Shown here in pieces: positions 12,539-22,602 of a DNA stretch of 64,000 nucleotides; position 1 is the first letter of the stretch, and each line of letters opens with the position of its first letter. Both the position numbers and the translations under genes were made by a program. The stretch comes from Patescibacteria group bacterium (GTDB taxonomy: Bacteria > Patescibacteriota > Minisyncoccia > Phycocordibacterales > UBA1550): NCBI GenBank assembly GCA_038062675.1, contig JBBTWP010000001.1, forward strand, positions 48,920 through 112,919. Reading direction: 5' to 3'. A model generated the notes under the pieces. The model was given only the letters and a program-made list of their open reading frames with translations. It searched no databases and was not told the origin of the DNA.

Positions 12539-15232
12539 ATGTCCACTAACAACACATGGCATTCAAAAAGCTCAACTGATATTTTTCAGGAGCTTCACTC
12601 TGGAGAAGAAGGTTTATCCAAGCTTGAGGCTCTGCGACGCTTGAGCGAGCAGGGGTTGAATAAATTGCCAGACGCTAAAGTGGATGGCATTCTCGTTATT
12701 TTTTTGCGGCAGTTTGAAAGTCCTCTCATTTATATTTTAGTTGCGGCAAGTATTATTGTTTTTTTGATGGGAGAGGTAGTGGACGGAGGAATTATTTTGG
12801 CGGTGTTGCTTTTCAATGCCATTATGGGCACGATTCAGGAAGGGAAAGCGCAAAATACTTTGCGCGCACTTAAGCAGTTTATAGAAACCAAAGCAACTGT
12901 ACTTCGAGAAGGTAAAGAATTAATCGTTCCTGATACGGAGGTTGTGGTAGGGGATATTATTATTTTACGCGAGGGGGAAAAAATTTCTGCTGATGCGCGC
13001 GTAATCCTCGCTCACAATATGAAAATTGACGAAGCTGTGCTCTCGGGGGAATCAGAGCCGACACGAAAAGTTGCGGATACTCTTGAAAGTGTTGACACTT
13101 CGCTCCTCACGCAAAAAAACATGGTACTCAAAGGAACACATGTTGTCTTGGGAAACGGGAAAGCTGTGGTCGTGGCAACAGGGCTCGATACGGCTATGGG
13201 ACGAATCGCGACTGAAATAGCCGCAATCGATACTGAAATCCCTCTGAAGGCAAACATCCGCGCGCTTTCACGACTCGTCATTGTTGCCGTCGCTCTTATC
13301 AGTATCACACTTTTTTTAGTTGGTATTTCTTCGGGAAAATCAGCAAAAGAAATGTTTGCGACCGTAGTCTCCCTTTCCGTGTCCGTCATTCCTGAGGGGT
13401 TGCCAATTGTGATGACGCTGGTTTTGGCGACGGGAGTATGGCGGATGAGTAAGCGCAATGTTTTGGTAAAAAAACTGCATGCGGTGGAATCGCTCGGGCA
13501 AGCGCGCGTGATTGCGGTCGACAAGACAGGAACACTCACTAAAAATGAAATGGTGATTCAAAAAGCGTACGTCGATGGAAATTTTTTTGAAGTCGGGGGT
13601 ATTGGGTATGAACCTACGGGAGATATCCGCCTTCATGGTGCTGTGGTGGACCCCGTAAATCATCCTGAGTTATTATTTGTCGGGAAAATCGCAGCATTTT
13701 GTGCCAATGCCCGCGTTTCATTTTTTCCAGAACGCGAAGAATGGCATGTTGCCGGCGATCCGACGGAAGCCGCAATGCTTATATTTTCACAAAAATTGGG
13801 TTTTCATAAAGACAGTCTTGAGCGGGAGTCGCCACTTGTCGCTGACATACCTTTTGATTATAAACTCAAATACCATGCTGCGGTGCATCAGGTTGATGGT
13901 CAAAAATTGTTGACAGTGGTGGGTGCCGCAGAAGAAGTTCTTTCCTTGTCTACCAAGGTTTGGCGCGAAGGAAAGAGCCACCCTCTTTCTAAACAAGAAA
14001 AAGAAGAGTTTGAATCTATTTTTTTGACGATGTCGGGCGAAGGTCTTCGTGTGGTGGCGATTGCGGAGCGACGTGACGCGCCGGAGTCATTTATTCCAGA
14101 GAATATAAAAGACCTTACTTTTGTTGGATTTTTTGGCATGAAAGATGCACTTCGTACAGAAGTGTTGAATGCGATGGAGGAAGCGACTCTTGCGGGAATT
14201 CGCGTAGTGATGATTACGGGAGACCATAAGGTGACCGCACAGGCAATTGCGACTGAAGCGGGGATTTATCACGAAGGAGATTCAGTGCTGACGGGAGTTG
14301 AAATTGATACCTTTTCCGATAGTGATCTCTTGGAGAAACTTTCCTCAGTTTCAGTTTTCGCGCGCGTGAATCCTGAACACAAACTGCGTATTATTCAAGC
14401 ATATAAAGCACGGGGGGAAGTGGTAGCTATGACGGGCGACGGCGTGAACGACGCGCCGTCTTTAGTTGCAGCAGATCTCGGTGTAGCGATGGGGAAAATC
14501 GGGACCGAGGTGGCAAAAGAAGCGGCAGACATCATTCTTCTTGATGATAATTTTGGGAGTATTGTTGCAGCGGTTGAAGAGGGACGCAGTATTTACAAAA
14601 CTATCAAAAAAGTTATTTTATATCTTTTTGCGACGAGTGCAGGAGAAGTCCTTGCGATTGCGGGTGCACTCGTGCTTGGGTATCCGCTCCTCATCTTGCC
14701 CGCTCAAATCATTTGGCTCAACTTGGTGACCGATGGTTTTTTGGACGTTGCTCTTGCTATGGATCCAAAAGAAAAGGGATTGCTCCGAGGAAACTTTAGC
14801 CGTCCTTCAAAATATCTCGTTGACAAACTTATGGGTCAGAGAATGTTTCTTATGTCAGTCACAATGGCAATCGGAGCACTTTACTTGTTCAACGTCGGGA
14901 ACTTTGAAACCGACCTTGCAAAGGCGATGACGATATCGCTCACTGGTCTTGCTGTCTTTCAGTGGTTCAACGCGTGGAATTGTCGTTCGGAAAAACTCTC
15001 GATATTTCAAATGAACCCTTTCTCCAATATGTTTCTTGTAGGCGCGACGCTGGTCGTTATTTCTCTACAGCTTTTCGCGGTCTATAACCCTATGATGCAA
15101 AAACTTTTGCACACCGTTCCTCTCAGTTTTTCGGAGTGGTTGCTCATTATTCCTGTTGCGCTGTCGATCGTAGTGGTTGAGGAGGTTAGAAAGTTTTTTT
15201 ATCGCAGAGCAAAGCATGGCAAAGTAGAGTAG
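12539..15232 (+). CDS. cation-transporting P-type ATPase (P2A-like)
   Basis: DKTGTLT, SGES, IPEGLP, MTGDGVNDAP. Confidence 0.95.
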   Translation: MSTNNTWHSKSSTDIFQELHSGEEGLSKLEALRRLSEQGLNKLPDAKVDGILVIFLRQFESPLIYILVAASIIVFLMGEVVDGGIILAVLLFNAIMGTIQEGKAQNTLRALKQFIETKATVLREGKELIVPDTEVVVGDIIILREGEKISADARVILAHNMKIDEAVLSGESEPTRKVADTLESVDTSLLTQKNMVLKGTHVVLGNGKAVVVATGLDTAMGRIATEIAAIDTEIPLKANIRALSRLVIVAVALISITLFLVGISSGKSAKEMFATVVSLSVSVIPEGLPIVMTLVLATGVWRMSKRNVLVKKLHAVESLGQARVIAVDKTGTLTKNEMVIQKAYVDGNFFEVGGIGYEPTGDIRLHGAVVDPVNHPELLFVGKIAAFCANARVSFFPEREEWHVAGDPTEAAMLIFSQKLGFHKDSLERESPLVADIPFDYKLKYHAAVHQVDGQKLLTVVGAAEEVLSLSTKVWREGKSHPLSKQEKEEFESIFLTMSGEGLRVVAIAERRDAPESFIPENIKDLTFVGFFGMKDALRTEVLNAMEEATLAGIRVVMITGDHKVTAQAIATEAGIYHEGDSVLTGVEIDTFSDSDLLEKLSSVSVFARVNPEHKLRIIQAYKARGEVVAMTGDGVNDAPSLVAADLGVAMGKIGTEVAKEAADIILLDDNFGSIVAAVEEGRSIYKTIKKVILYLFATSAGEVLAIAGALVLGYPLLILPAQIIWLNLVTDGFLDVALAMDPKEKGLLRGNFSRPSKYLVDKLMGQRMFLMSVTMAIGALYLFNVGNFETDLAKAMTISLTGLAVFQWFNAWNCRSEKLSIFQMNPFSNMFLVGATLVVISLQLFAVYNPMMQKLLHTVPLSFSEWLLIIPVALSIVVVEEVRKFFYRRAKHGKVE

Positions 15233-15326
15233 GGGTGTTCTCAAGCGCGCGTCCAACGGACTTACGCGACACGATTCCGCAGAATCGAAATTCGCAATTT
15301 ATTTAAAAATGTATATACTATAAGGC

Positions 15327-16364
15327 ATGACCCATCTAAAACCTGAATTTTATTTTTTACTCGTCGTACTCATTGCGACCTCTGTGCTCGCTTTTTTCAT
15401 CTTTCAACCATTTTTGTTTGCGTTGGTGCTGGCAGTTGTGTTTGCGGTTGTATTTAGACCCATCTATGAAAAAATTATGGCGCGAGCACACGTCAATTCT
15501 GGGGTTTCTGCACTCATTACGGTTCTTATTGTTGTTGTATTTATTTTTACTCCGCTCACGCTCATTGGGGTACAGGTGGTTCAGGAAGCGGGAGGGCTTT
15601 ATAGTTCTCTTGCAGAAAATGGTGGAGACGAAGGTCTTTCGGGTGCTCTCGACAAAGGTGTGAACAATTTAAAAACCGCTTTTCCTGTTATGCAGGGGCT
15701 TACCATCAACACTGATCAGTATGCAAAGCAGGGGCTCACGTGGGTTGTAGAGCACCTTGGCTCGATCTTCTCTGATTTTGCAAAGATCATGATGAGCCTC
15801 TTTATTTTCTTGGTGGCGTTGTACTATTTGCTTAAAGACGGCGAGAAGATTAAAAAATTTATTATTGAACTGAGCCCTTTGCGTGACCGAAGCGATGAAG
15901 CTATTTTTAAAAAACTCGAAGGTGCTGCGAATTCCATCGTGAAAGGAAATTTGCTCGTCGCACTGACGCAGGGTATGTTGACTGCGCTTGGATTTTGGAT
16001 TTTTGGTGTTCCGAATGCTGCGCTGTGGGGAAGTGTTGCGGTGATTACGGCAATCATTCCGGGAATTGGAACTGCGCTTGTTCTCACTCCGGCAATCGCT
16101 TTTTTGTTTCTTTCGGGGGCGACGGCTTCGGGCTTCGGGCTTCTTGCGTGGGGGGTGGGAGCGGTGGGCCTTGTAGATAATTTCCTCGGACCAAAACTCG
16201 TAGGTCGTGGCATGCAGCTTCATCCGCTTATCATTCTTCTCTCTGTGCTTGGTGGTATTGCGTTCTTTGGCCCCGTGGGGATTCTTATGGGGCCACTTAC
16301 GGTCAGCTTCCTTTTTGCACTCCTCGAAGTTTATTTTTCGCTCTCAAAAGAGCGACAAGGGTAG
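15327..16364 (+). CDS. AI-2E family transporter
   Basis: multi-TM with YYLLKDG, DNFLGPKLVG, GPVGILMGP. Confidence 0.88.
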   Translation: MTHLKPEFYFLLVVLIATSVLAFFIFQPFLFALVLAVVFAVVFRPIYEKIMARAHVNSGVSALITVLIVVVFIFTPLTLIGVQVVQEAGGLYSSLAENGGDEGLSGALDKGVNNLKTAFPVMQGLTINTDQYAKQGLTWVVEHLGSIFSDFAKIMMSLFIFLVALYYLLKDGEKIKKFIIELSPLRDRSDEAIFKKLEGAANSIVKGNLLVALTQGMLTALGFWIFGVPNAALWGSVAVITAIIPGIGTALVLTPAIAFLFLSGATASGFGLLAWGVGAVGLVDNFLGPKLVGRGMQLHPLIILLSVLGGIAFFGPVGILMGPLTVSFLFALLEVYFSLSKERQG

Positions 16365-16430
16365 GCAAGTGTGGGTGCGGTTATGCACGTATTTGCTCAA
16401 CTATCTATTTTTTGCTAGACTCAACCTATT

Positions 16431-16655
16431 ATGTTTAAAGAATTTTTAATGAAGAAGATGATCAAGAGTCAGCTTAAGGGAGTCCCCGATTCCGAGGTTG
16501 ATCGCATTATTGAGCTTGTTTCAAAAAATCCCGAATTGTTCAAGAAAATCGGCGACGAGATTCAAACAAAGATCAAAGGTGGTCGTTCTCAGCAGGCGGC
16601 AACCATGGAAGTTATGCGCACCTACCAAGCAGAGCTTCAGAAGGTTCTCAAATAA
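16431..16655 (+). CDS. small hypothetical protein
   Basis: 74 aa helical ORF 2 nt upstream of ychF; preceded by TAGACT -10. Confidence 0.75.
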   Translation: MFKEFLMKKMIKSQLKGVPDSEVDRIIELVSKNPELFKKIGDEIQTKIKGGRSQQAATMEVMRTYQAELQKVLK

Positions 16656-16657
16656 TT

Positions 16658-17755
16658 ATGGCACTTGCAATCGGTATCGTGGGGCTCCCTAATGTGGGTA
16701 AGTCGACTCTATTTAACGCCCTCACGAAAAAATCTGTCCCGGCGGAGAACTATCCGTTTTGTACTATCGACCCATCGGTAGGTGTCGTTGCAGTGCCCGA
16801 CGAGCGTCTCTATAAACTTGCAGAATTTTCAAAAACAAAAAAAACAATTCCCGCTGCCGTTGAGTTTGTGGACATTGCCGGTTTGGTGAAGGGAGCAAGT
16901 GAGGGTGAAGGTCTGGGCAATCAATTTCTCTCACACATTCGCGAAACAGATGCCATTGCAGAAGTAGTGCGTATCTTTGAAGATGACAACGTGATTCATG
17001 TGCATGGAAAGATAGACCCCGTGTCGGATATTGAGACGATCAACCTCGAACTCATTCTTGCCGACGACCAGACGGTCACCAAACGCCTTGCAAATATTGA
17101 GAAAGACGTGAAGCGTGGGGCGAAAGAAGCAATCAAAGAAAAAGAAGTGCTCACGAAAATTTCTGGAGCACTTAAGAGTGGGAATCTTGCACGCTCCGTT
17201 CCAATGACCGATGAAGAGACTCCGCTCGTGCGCACACTCCACCTCCTCACTATGAAGCCGATTTTGTATGTTTTGAACAAGAAAGCGGGTGGAAAAAACT
17301 TGGATGAAATGGGGGACGAGCGCTACGTAAAGCTCCTCGAGTATATTAAAAGCTTGAATGCACACTACGTGATTGTGGATGCTGGGGTGGAGCACGACCT
17401 TTCGCAACTCGAAGGTGAGGAAAAAGAAATGTTCCGTACAGAACTTGGCGCAAAAGACGATGGCGTGAATGAGCTCATCAAAAAAAGTTATGAGATGCTC
17501 GGACTTGAGGTGTACTTTACCACAGGTGAAGTTGAAACACGTGCGTGGACGATTAAAAAGGGAAGCACTGCACCGGTCGCAGGTATGGCGATTCACACCG
17601 ACTTTAAGGACAAATTCATTCGCGCAGAAGTAGTGTTTTGGAAAGATCTACTCGACGCCGGCTCGTATCCTGCCGCTCGCGAAAAAGGCCAAGTGCGCAT
17701 TGAGGGCAAAGAATACATTGTAAAAGACGGCGATGTGATTGAGTTTCGAGTGTAA
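16658..17755 (+). CDS. ychF: redox-regulated ATPase YchF
   Basis: GIVGLPNVGKST, NYPFCTIDP, DIAGLVKGASEGEGLGNQFL, TGS C-terminus. Confidence 0.97.
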   Translation: MALAIGIVGLPNVGKSTLFNALTKKSVPAENYPFCTIDPSVGVVAVPDERLYKLAEFSKTKKTIPAAVEFVDIAGLVKGASEGEGLGNQFLSHIRETDAIAEVVRIFEDDNVIHVHGKIDPVSDIETINLELILADDQTVTKRLANIEKDVKRGAKEAIKEKEVLTKISGALKSGNLARSVPMTDEETPLVRTLHLLTMKPILYVLNKKAGGKNLDEMGDERYVKLLEYIKSLNAHYVIVDAGVEHDLSQLEGEEKEMFRTELGAKDDGVNELIKKSYEMLGLEVYFTTGEVETRAWTIKKGSTAPVAGMAIHTDFKDKFIRAEVVFWKDLLDAGSYPAAREKGQVRIEGKEYIVKDGDVIEFRV

Positions 17756-17863
17756 AAAAACACCCCCAAGACTTAGAGCAAGGGGGCGACCTGTTTTTGT
17801 TTAGGTGGTAAGACGAGGTATCCCAGGACACCTCCCACTTGCAAGTCCTCAAGGCTGACTCTG
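17754..17863 (-). ncRNA. candidate standalone structured small RNA (or 21-aa sORF transcript)
   Basis: minus-strand TTGACA(17897-17892)-16-TATACT(17875-17870), internal hairpins, GC stem plus T tract terminator. Confidence 0.45.
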
Positions 17864-17904
17864 CTTAAAAGTATACATATTTATAATTTTTTGTCAAGCA
17901 CCTT

Positions 17905-17937
17905 GAAGATGGCGATGTGATTGAGCTTTGTGTCTAG
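17905..17937 (+). repeat. degenerate duplicate of ychF 3' end
   Basis: reads EDGDVIELCV* vs ychF KDGDVIEFRV*; 15-nt identical core GGCGATGTGATTGAG. Confidence 0.8.
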
Positions 17938-17955
17938 GGGTGGTATAATTTTCGT

Positions 17956-19464
17956 ATGAAAATAAGACCCCTCTATCTTTTGTTTGCCATTTTTTTTGGG
18001 ATTCTCTCTTTTAGTTTGTTTTTGAGTGGTTCACTAGGTTATCCTGTTTCTAACCCTTTACTTGCAACGCTCCCAGTTACTTTTTATTCGGTTGTGATGG
18101 CTTCCACTCTTTTTTTTATTGCGCTTTCCCAATCCTACTTAACTTCCTTCTTTATTGCATTTTTTTACTTTTTATATGCATTTCATGGTTTGAAAGAAAA
18201 TGCATTCATCAAATCTACTTTATGGGCTCCTGTCATTCTGATTATGCTTGTATTTTGGGTGAGGTCAAATTCATATGGGTTTGAAGCAATTTTGTTTTTT
18301 GTTATTTTTTATGTAATTTTTCTTTTTTGTTTTGTCGTTGGGGTCATCCAGAGCCTTGTTGCTCGTTTTCGTCGCAAGCCCACTCTTGCGGCAATAGGGA
18401 ACAACTATTCACCGTCAGCGTTCCCCAGCACGTCCTTCGATGTTCGTTCAGGTTTGCCCTTAAATCAACAATACACGCCAACGAGCGTAGGACAAAGTGC
18501 TGGGTTCAAAAGCCCACCTTCGGGAAGTGAGCAATCAGTAAGTAGGTATCGTAGTACGCGTCGTACATTACTATTTGTGTGTATTGTCATTGTTATTTTT
18601 CTTGTTAGTTGGGGAGTTTTTAAACTTTTTGTTGACAAGAATGCTTTTCAAATTGAGAATATTCCACAAAGCAGTGTACTAAGTGGGGGTGAGTCGGTTC
18701 CAAAAGAAGAGGTAAGAAATACTGATGGAGTTTTGCAAAGCAGTATGTTAAAAGAACCCAAAGCAGATAGTAGAGAGCGCCAAATGATGGACTACATAAA
18801 AAAGTCACGAGGGGGCGGGGACAACATTTCAATTATTTCAGCGGCAAGGGATGTTCCAGTAGACTCAAATACTTTATTTTTTTCATTCAAATTTAAAAAT
18901 TTTAAGCAAAATTTGACCCTAGATGTATATGTGGATAAGGAGAAATTATATCACGCAGATGCAAAACAAGTTGGGGCAGAAAAGTGGATCCAATTCAACA
19001 CGATAGGCGTCGCGCCGTATCAAGGGAAAAATGTCATCTTGTCTTTTGTCATTGAGGGGGATAAAGGTTCTGGTTTGCAGATAGACGATTTAATTTTTGC
19101 ACAAGTTGAACCGATCGAGTCGGCAACCAAACTAGTTTCTGATGCCACTTTCGTTATAAGCAATCCTAAAAAAGATCAGGTGGTAAATAGCCCGTTAGTC
19201 GTTGAGGGAAAGGCTGATGCAAAACTATTTCCCGAAGGGTGGTTTCGTGTTAGGTTGACAGACGTCAACTACAGGAATATCGCCAGTGCAAATGCCACTG
19301 CCTCTGTCTATCCATTGGTAGCGGACAAAGACGGGAACATGCCTTTCTATACGAGGCTGGTATTTGATGCGAAAAGCGTTTCTACGGATAGTGGATTTCT
19401 TTTCCTCGACAGTAATGGAAGTGAAAATTTACCAGGCCTGCGCATTCCCGTGAGGTTTAGGTAG
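17956..19464 (+). CDS. multi-TM membrane protein with C-terminal Gmad2-like Ig domain
   Basis: about 5 TM; C-terminal ISNPKKDQVVNSPLVVEGKA..FPEGWFRVRL. Confidence 0.7.
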   Translation: MKIRPLYLLFAIFFGILSFSLFLSGSLGYPVSNPLLATLPVTFYSVVMASTLFFIALSQSYLTSFFIAFFYFLYAFHGLKENAFIKSTLWAPVILIMLVFWVRSNSYGFEAILFFVIFYVIFLFCFVVGVIQSLVARFRRKPTLAAIGNNYSPSAFPSTSFDVRSGLPLNQQYTPTSVGQSAGFKSPPSGSEQSVSRYRSTRRTLLFVCIVIVIFLVSWGVFKLFVDKNAFQIENIPQSSVLSGGESVPKEEVRNTDGVLQSSMLKEPKADSRERQMMDYIKKSRGGGDNISIISAARDVPVDSNTLFFSFKFKNFKQNLTLDVYVDKEKLYHADAKQVGAEKWIQFNTIGVAPYQGKNVILSFVIEGDKGSGLQIDDLIFAQVEPIESATKLVSDATFVISNPKKDQVVNSPLVVEGKADAKLFPEGWFRVRLTDVNYRNIASANATASVYPLVADKDGNMPFYTRLVFDAKSVSTDSGFLFLDSNGSENLPGLRIPVRFR

Positions 19465-19512
19465 GGACGAGTGAGGGCAACTTAGGCAAGAATACGGTAG
19501 TAATTTTTTACA

Positions 19513-20952
19513 ATGACCATAAATGAAATAGCTCAGCGTCACTATCTTTTAAAAAAAATGAGGAATTTCGTTATTCTCGCCACCATTTTGGCTTCAATGG
19601 GTTTATTTACTTACTACCAATTTTTTTATCATTTAATTTATACTGATCCTCAAAATAAGAATTGTCGTATCGACATTTACCCAAGTTATCATTATGAACA
19701 AGCTGACGTTGCGAGTACCATAGATACAATAAAGGTATATTCACCCGAATATTTTCAAAAAATTTGTCGCTATACGAAGGAGATTAAATATAACGAGTGT
19801 AAAGGTAATCCTCATGTGTGGGGTACTCGTGTAGGGGGTTGTGTCGGTACGTTTGACCAGATATGGCTTACGGATGTCCAAGTAAGTCCAACCATATTGG
19901 TGCACGAGACTTGTCATTTGCATCAAAATTATACATTTACCAAAGAGTTCAGTAAGGGTGATAGGGCAAAAATAGAAGCCGAGTGTTATAGTGAGCAAAA
20001 TAAATTTTTGGACATTATGACAAAAGATATGTCCGCTTCGTCAACCTCGGGCACCGTAATACCTGTCAAAAGTAGCACACCTTTTGATTCAAGAATCGAT
20101 TACATTACTGGAGACGTTCCTGTTGGTGTCGCCTTCGATAATATAACAAACTCAGTGTGGGTATCAAACTGGCGATCTGGAACGGTTAGTAAAATTAATA
20201 ATATTACTGGCGGGAAAGTTGACTACCCTGTTGGTGTTTTGCCGTATGGCGTTACTTTTGATAGTGTAACTAAATCAGTGTGGGTTGCAAGTTGGAGTTC
20301 GGAAGTAGTAAGTAAGGTGGATATTTTTACGGGAACTAAAACTGATTACCCTCTTAAAAGTAGGCCTTTTGGCGTTACTTTTGATTCAGTTACCAATTCT
20401 GTTTGGATTGCAGAATATTACGGCGATATTATTAAAATGAATATTTTTACTGGTTTAAAAGATAGTTATAACACTGAAGAAAGATTTATTAGTTTTCTTT
20501 CTGCGGCATTTGATCCAGTTACTAATTCTATTTGGATAACGAACCAGCATTCTAATTTCGTAATTAAGGTAAATGTATTTACAGGCACCAGAATTAGTTA
20601 TCCCGTCGGGGATGGTCCGTCTGGCTTGGCTTTTGATGGTATAACTAATTCAATATGGGTTGCTAATGCTGGTTCAAATACGGTGAGCAAAATAAATATT
20701 CACACAGGGGCAAGATCTGATTATGCAACCAATTTGAGCCCCGATTCAGTTGCTTTTGACCAAAAAACTAACTCAGTGTGGGTAACAAATAGAGATTCCG
20801 ATAATATCAGTAAGATTAATGTTCGTACTGGAGCTAAGATGGACTATTTTGCTGGAGATCGTCCTAGGGGTGTCGTTTTTGACCCAGTCACTAATTCTGT
20901 TTGGGTTGCGAACTCCGGCTCAAATACTATCAGTAAGATTAAAGTTCAGTAA
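19513..20952 (+). CDS. membrane-anchored HExxH domain plus YVTN/YncE-type beta-propeller protein
   Basis: TM, LVHETCH, about seven 42-aa repeats PxGVxFDxVTNSVWVxN. Confidence 0.8.
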   Translation: MTINEIAQRHYLLKKMRNFVILATILASMGLFTYYQFFYHLIYTDPQNKNCRIDIYPSYHYEQADVASTIDTIKVYSPEYFQKICRYTKEIKYNECKGNPHVWGTRVGGCVGTFDQIWLTDVQVSPTILVHETCHLHQNYTFTKEFSKGDRAKIEAECYSEQNKFLDIMTKDMSASSTSGTVIPVKSSTPFDSRIDYITGDVPVGVAFDNITNSVWVSNWRSGTVSKINNITGGKVDYPVGVLPYGVTFDSVTKSVWVASWSSEVVSKVDIFTGTKTDYPLKSRPFGVTFDSVTNSVWIAEYYGDIIKMNIFTGLKDSYNTEERFISFLSAAFDPVTNSIWITNQHSNFVIKVNVFTGTRISYPVGDGPSGLAFDGITNSIWVANAGSNTVSKINIHTGARSDYATNLSPDSVAFDQKTNSVWVTNRDSDNISKINVRTGAKMDYFAGDRPRGVVFDPVTNSVWVANSGSNTISKIKVQ

Positions 20953-20989
20953 GTACACAGCTTGCTTCATGGTGTTGCCTTTAAATAAA

Positions 20990-21016
20990 AACGCGAGATG
21001 GGTGACATCTCGCGTT
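20990..21016. terminator. hairpin between convergent genes
   Basis: AACGCGAGATG / CATCTCGCGTT, A tract on the left side. Confidence 0.65.
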
Positions 21017-21024
21017 AAATCGTG

Positions 21025-21207
21025 CTAAAAATTAATAAGTGTGTAGTTACACTCTTCAGTGTTGGTGCCTTTTGCTCTGCCACACATAGGACAATGGTTT
21101 TCATCAATCGGACGGGTGAAGTTTTTTATCTCTCCCGTAAAATCCTTGGTGGGGCATTCAAATTTATAGTTGTAATAGCGTCTGGGGGTTACATCAGTTT
21201 CGCTCAT
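21025..21207 (-). CDS. small Cys-containing hypothetical protein
   Basis: 60 aa with CP..CPMC..C; ends at the terminator hairpin. Confidence 0.45.
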   Translation of the reverse strand: MSETDVTPRRYYNYKFECPTKDFTGEIKNFTRPIDENHCPMCGRAKGTNTEECNYTLINF

Positions 21208-21314
21208 AACATTTCATCCCGTTGAGTTGTGTCTGTTCACAACAGTATCATTAAATATGCGGTAAGCATAGTCTGTCTGAGTCAGTGCACATGTGTTATC
21301 ATTTGTATATCAAT

Positions 21315-21815
21315 ATGGACACAACCTCAAGGAAATATTCGTATCTCGTGGCAGCAATCATTCTTGTGTGGTTGACGTCTCTCGCGGTTTCGCAGCCGTG
21401 GGTGCGTTTTGTTGATGACACGAACCTCATCTTCCATGAGGCGGGGCATGCTATCTTTGGATTTTTTGGAGAAATTGTTGCGCTTCTTGCGGGGTCAGTG
21501 TTTCAGGTTCTACTCCCACTCTCCATTGCCGTCGCTTTTTCTTTGAAGCGAGATTGGTTGGGAGCATTGGTGATGCTCTGGTGGGTGGGCGAGAATATGA
21601 TTGGTGTTGGGCGCTATGTTGCTGACGCGAGCAAGCAGGCGCTTCCGCTTTTGGGTGGCGAGCACGACTGGGCGCTTTTGTTTGCACATGCACCAAATCT
21701 TTTCCCTTACGACACGATGATCGGTGGGGCGGTGCGGAACATTGGTATCGTAATAATGTGCACCTCGGTTCTATTGCTCGTGTTTCTATTTGCGTGGGCA
21801 AAAAATATGGTATAG
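21315..21815 (+). CDS. membrane protein with HExGH (M50B-like zinc peptidase)
   Basis: FHEAGH, YVADA, GGEHDW. Confidence 0.7.
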   Translation: MDTTSRKYSYLVAAIILVWLTSLAVSQPWVRFVDDTNLIFHEAGHAIFGFFGEIVALLAGSVFQVLLPLSIAVAFSLKRDWLGALVMLWWVGENMIGVGRYVADASKQALPLLGGEHDWALLFAHAPNLFPYDTMIGGAVRNIGIVIMCTSVLLLVFLFAWAKNMV

Positions 21816-21865
21816 TACGCTGAGTTTGGCAGTGATCTTTTTCATTCACGTAGAGCGAGGTGTTT

Positions 21866-22504
21866 ATGATTGAATTGGAATTATTGGTTGTTGACGGCGA
21901 GGCTGGGTCGTCGCGGGTGATTTTTCAGAAAGCGAAATATTATCCGCGATCTTTTAATCCAGGGTTGGAATCCGCGCTTACAAAAGCATTTAGGTCTTTC
22001 TTGCGGGAAGGTGTTTCGCGGATGGAGCTCAAAACCACACTTGTCCCAGAAGCTCATAGTTTAGATCATTTGGTTACGATTTCCGACGAGACGCTCGCTT
22101 GGATAGGTAGTGACGCACGTTCCTTTGATGGCCTCAAACAACTGAATGGGGTGTACGTCGAGTTTCTTGAATCGTTGTCCCCAGTTATAAGCCTGCTTTC
22201 GTGGCACTTTGCGTCAAACAAAGAGCGATTTCATCCGGGGAGTTTGCGTGCTTTGCGTGCTGTGTCCCGTGTATGTATTTTGTGCAAAGACACACAAGTT
22301 CGCAATAGAAATGCGCAAGAACTCCACAAGCCCTCGGGTGAAGAGTCGGGGTGGCCTCTAGGGTGTCTGAATCCTAATTGTCTTTCGCATAAGATTGAGG
22401 AAGAAATTGATCCCGACTATCAAATCCCAGTGGAGGAGGATACTGCGTCTGATCTCTCATCCCTGGGGCTCGCTATTCGGAAGGCAGCAACAAGGGTAAG
22501 ATAG
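21866..22504 (+). CDS. hypothetical protein with CxxC...CxxxxC motif (ORFan cassette)
   Basis: GAGG SD; CILC and CLNPNCLSH; followed by terminator. Confidence 0.65.
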   Translation: MIELELLVVDGEAGSSRVIFQKAKYYPRSFNPGLESALTKAFRSFLREGVSRMELKTTLVPEAHSLDHLVTISDETLAWIGSDARSFDGLKQLNGVYVEFLESLSPVISLLSWHFASNKERFHPGSLRALRAVSRVCILCKDTQVRNRNAQELHKPSGEESGWPLGCLNPNCLSHKIEEEIDPDYQIPVEEDTASDLSSLGLAIRKAATRVR

Positions 22505-22524
22505 TTTTTGTGTGGATGTTCTGG

Positions 22525-22556
22525 GACCGACCGTTGTTATAACGGTCGGTCTTTTT
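22525..22556 (+). terminator. intrinsic terminator
   Basis: GACCGACCGTT / AACGGTCGGTC plus TTTTT. Confidence 0.8.
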
Positions 22557-22602
22557 CTTGAAACGGTATTCTTTTAAGGTCTTTTAGGGTATACTATGGG
22601 GT

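Noticed and set aside
20090-20950. Periodic DNA repeats suggesting a CRISPR array
   Set aside because: They are degenerate in-frame coding repeats of a beta-propeller, not identical repeats with unique spacers.
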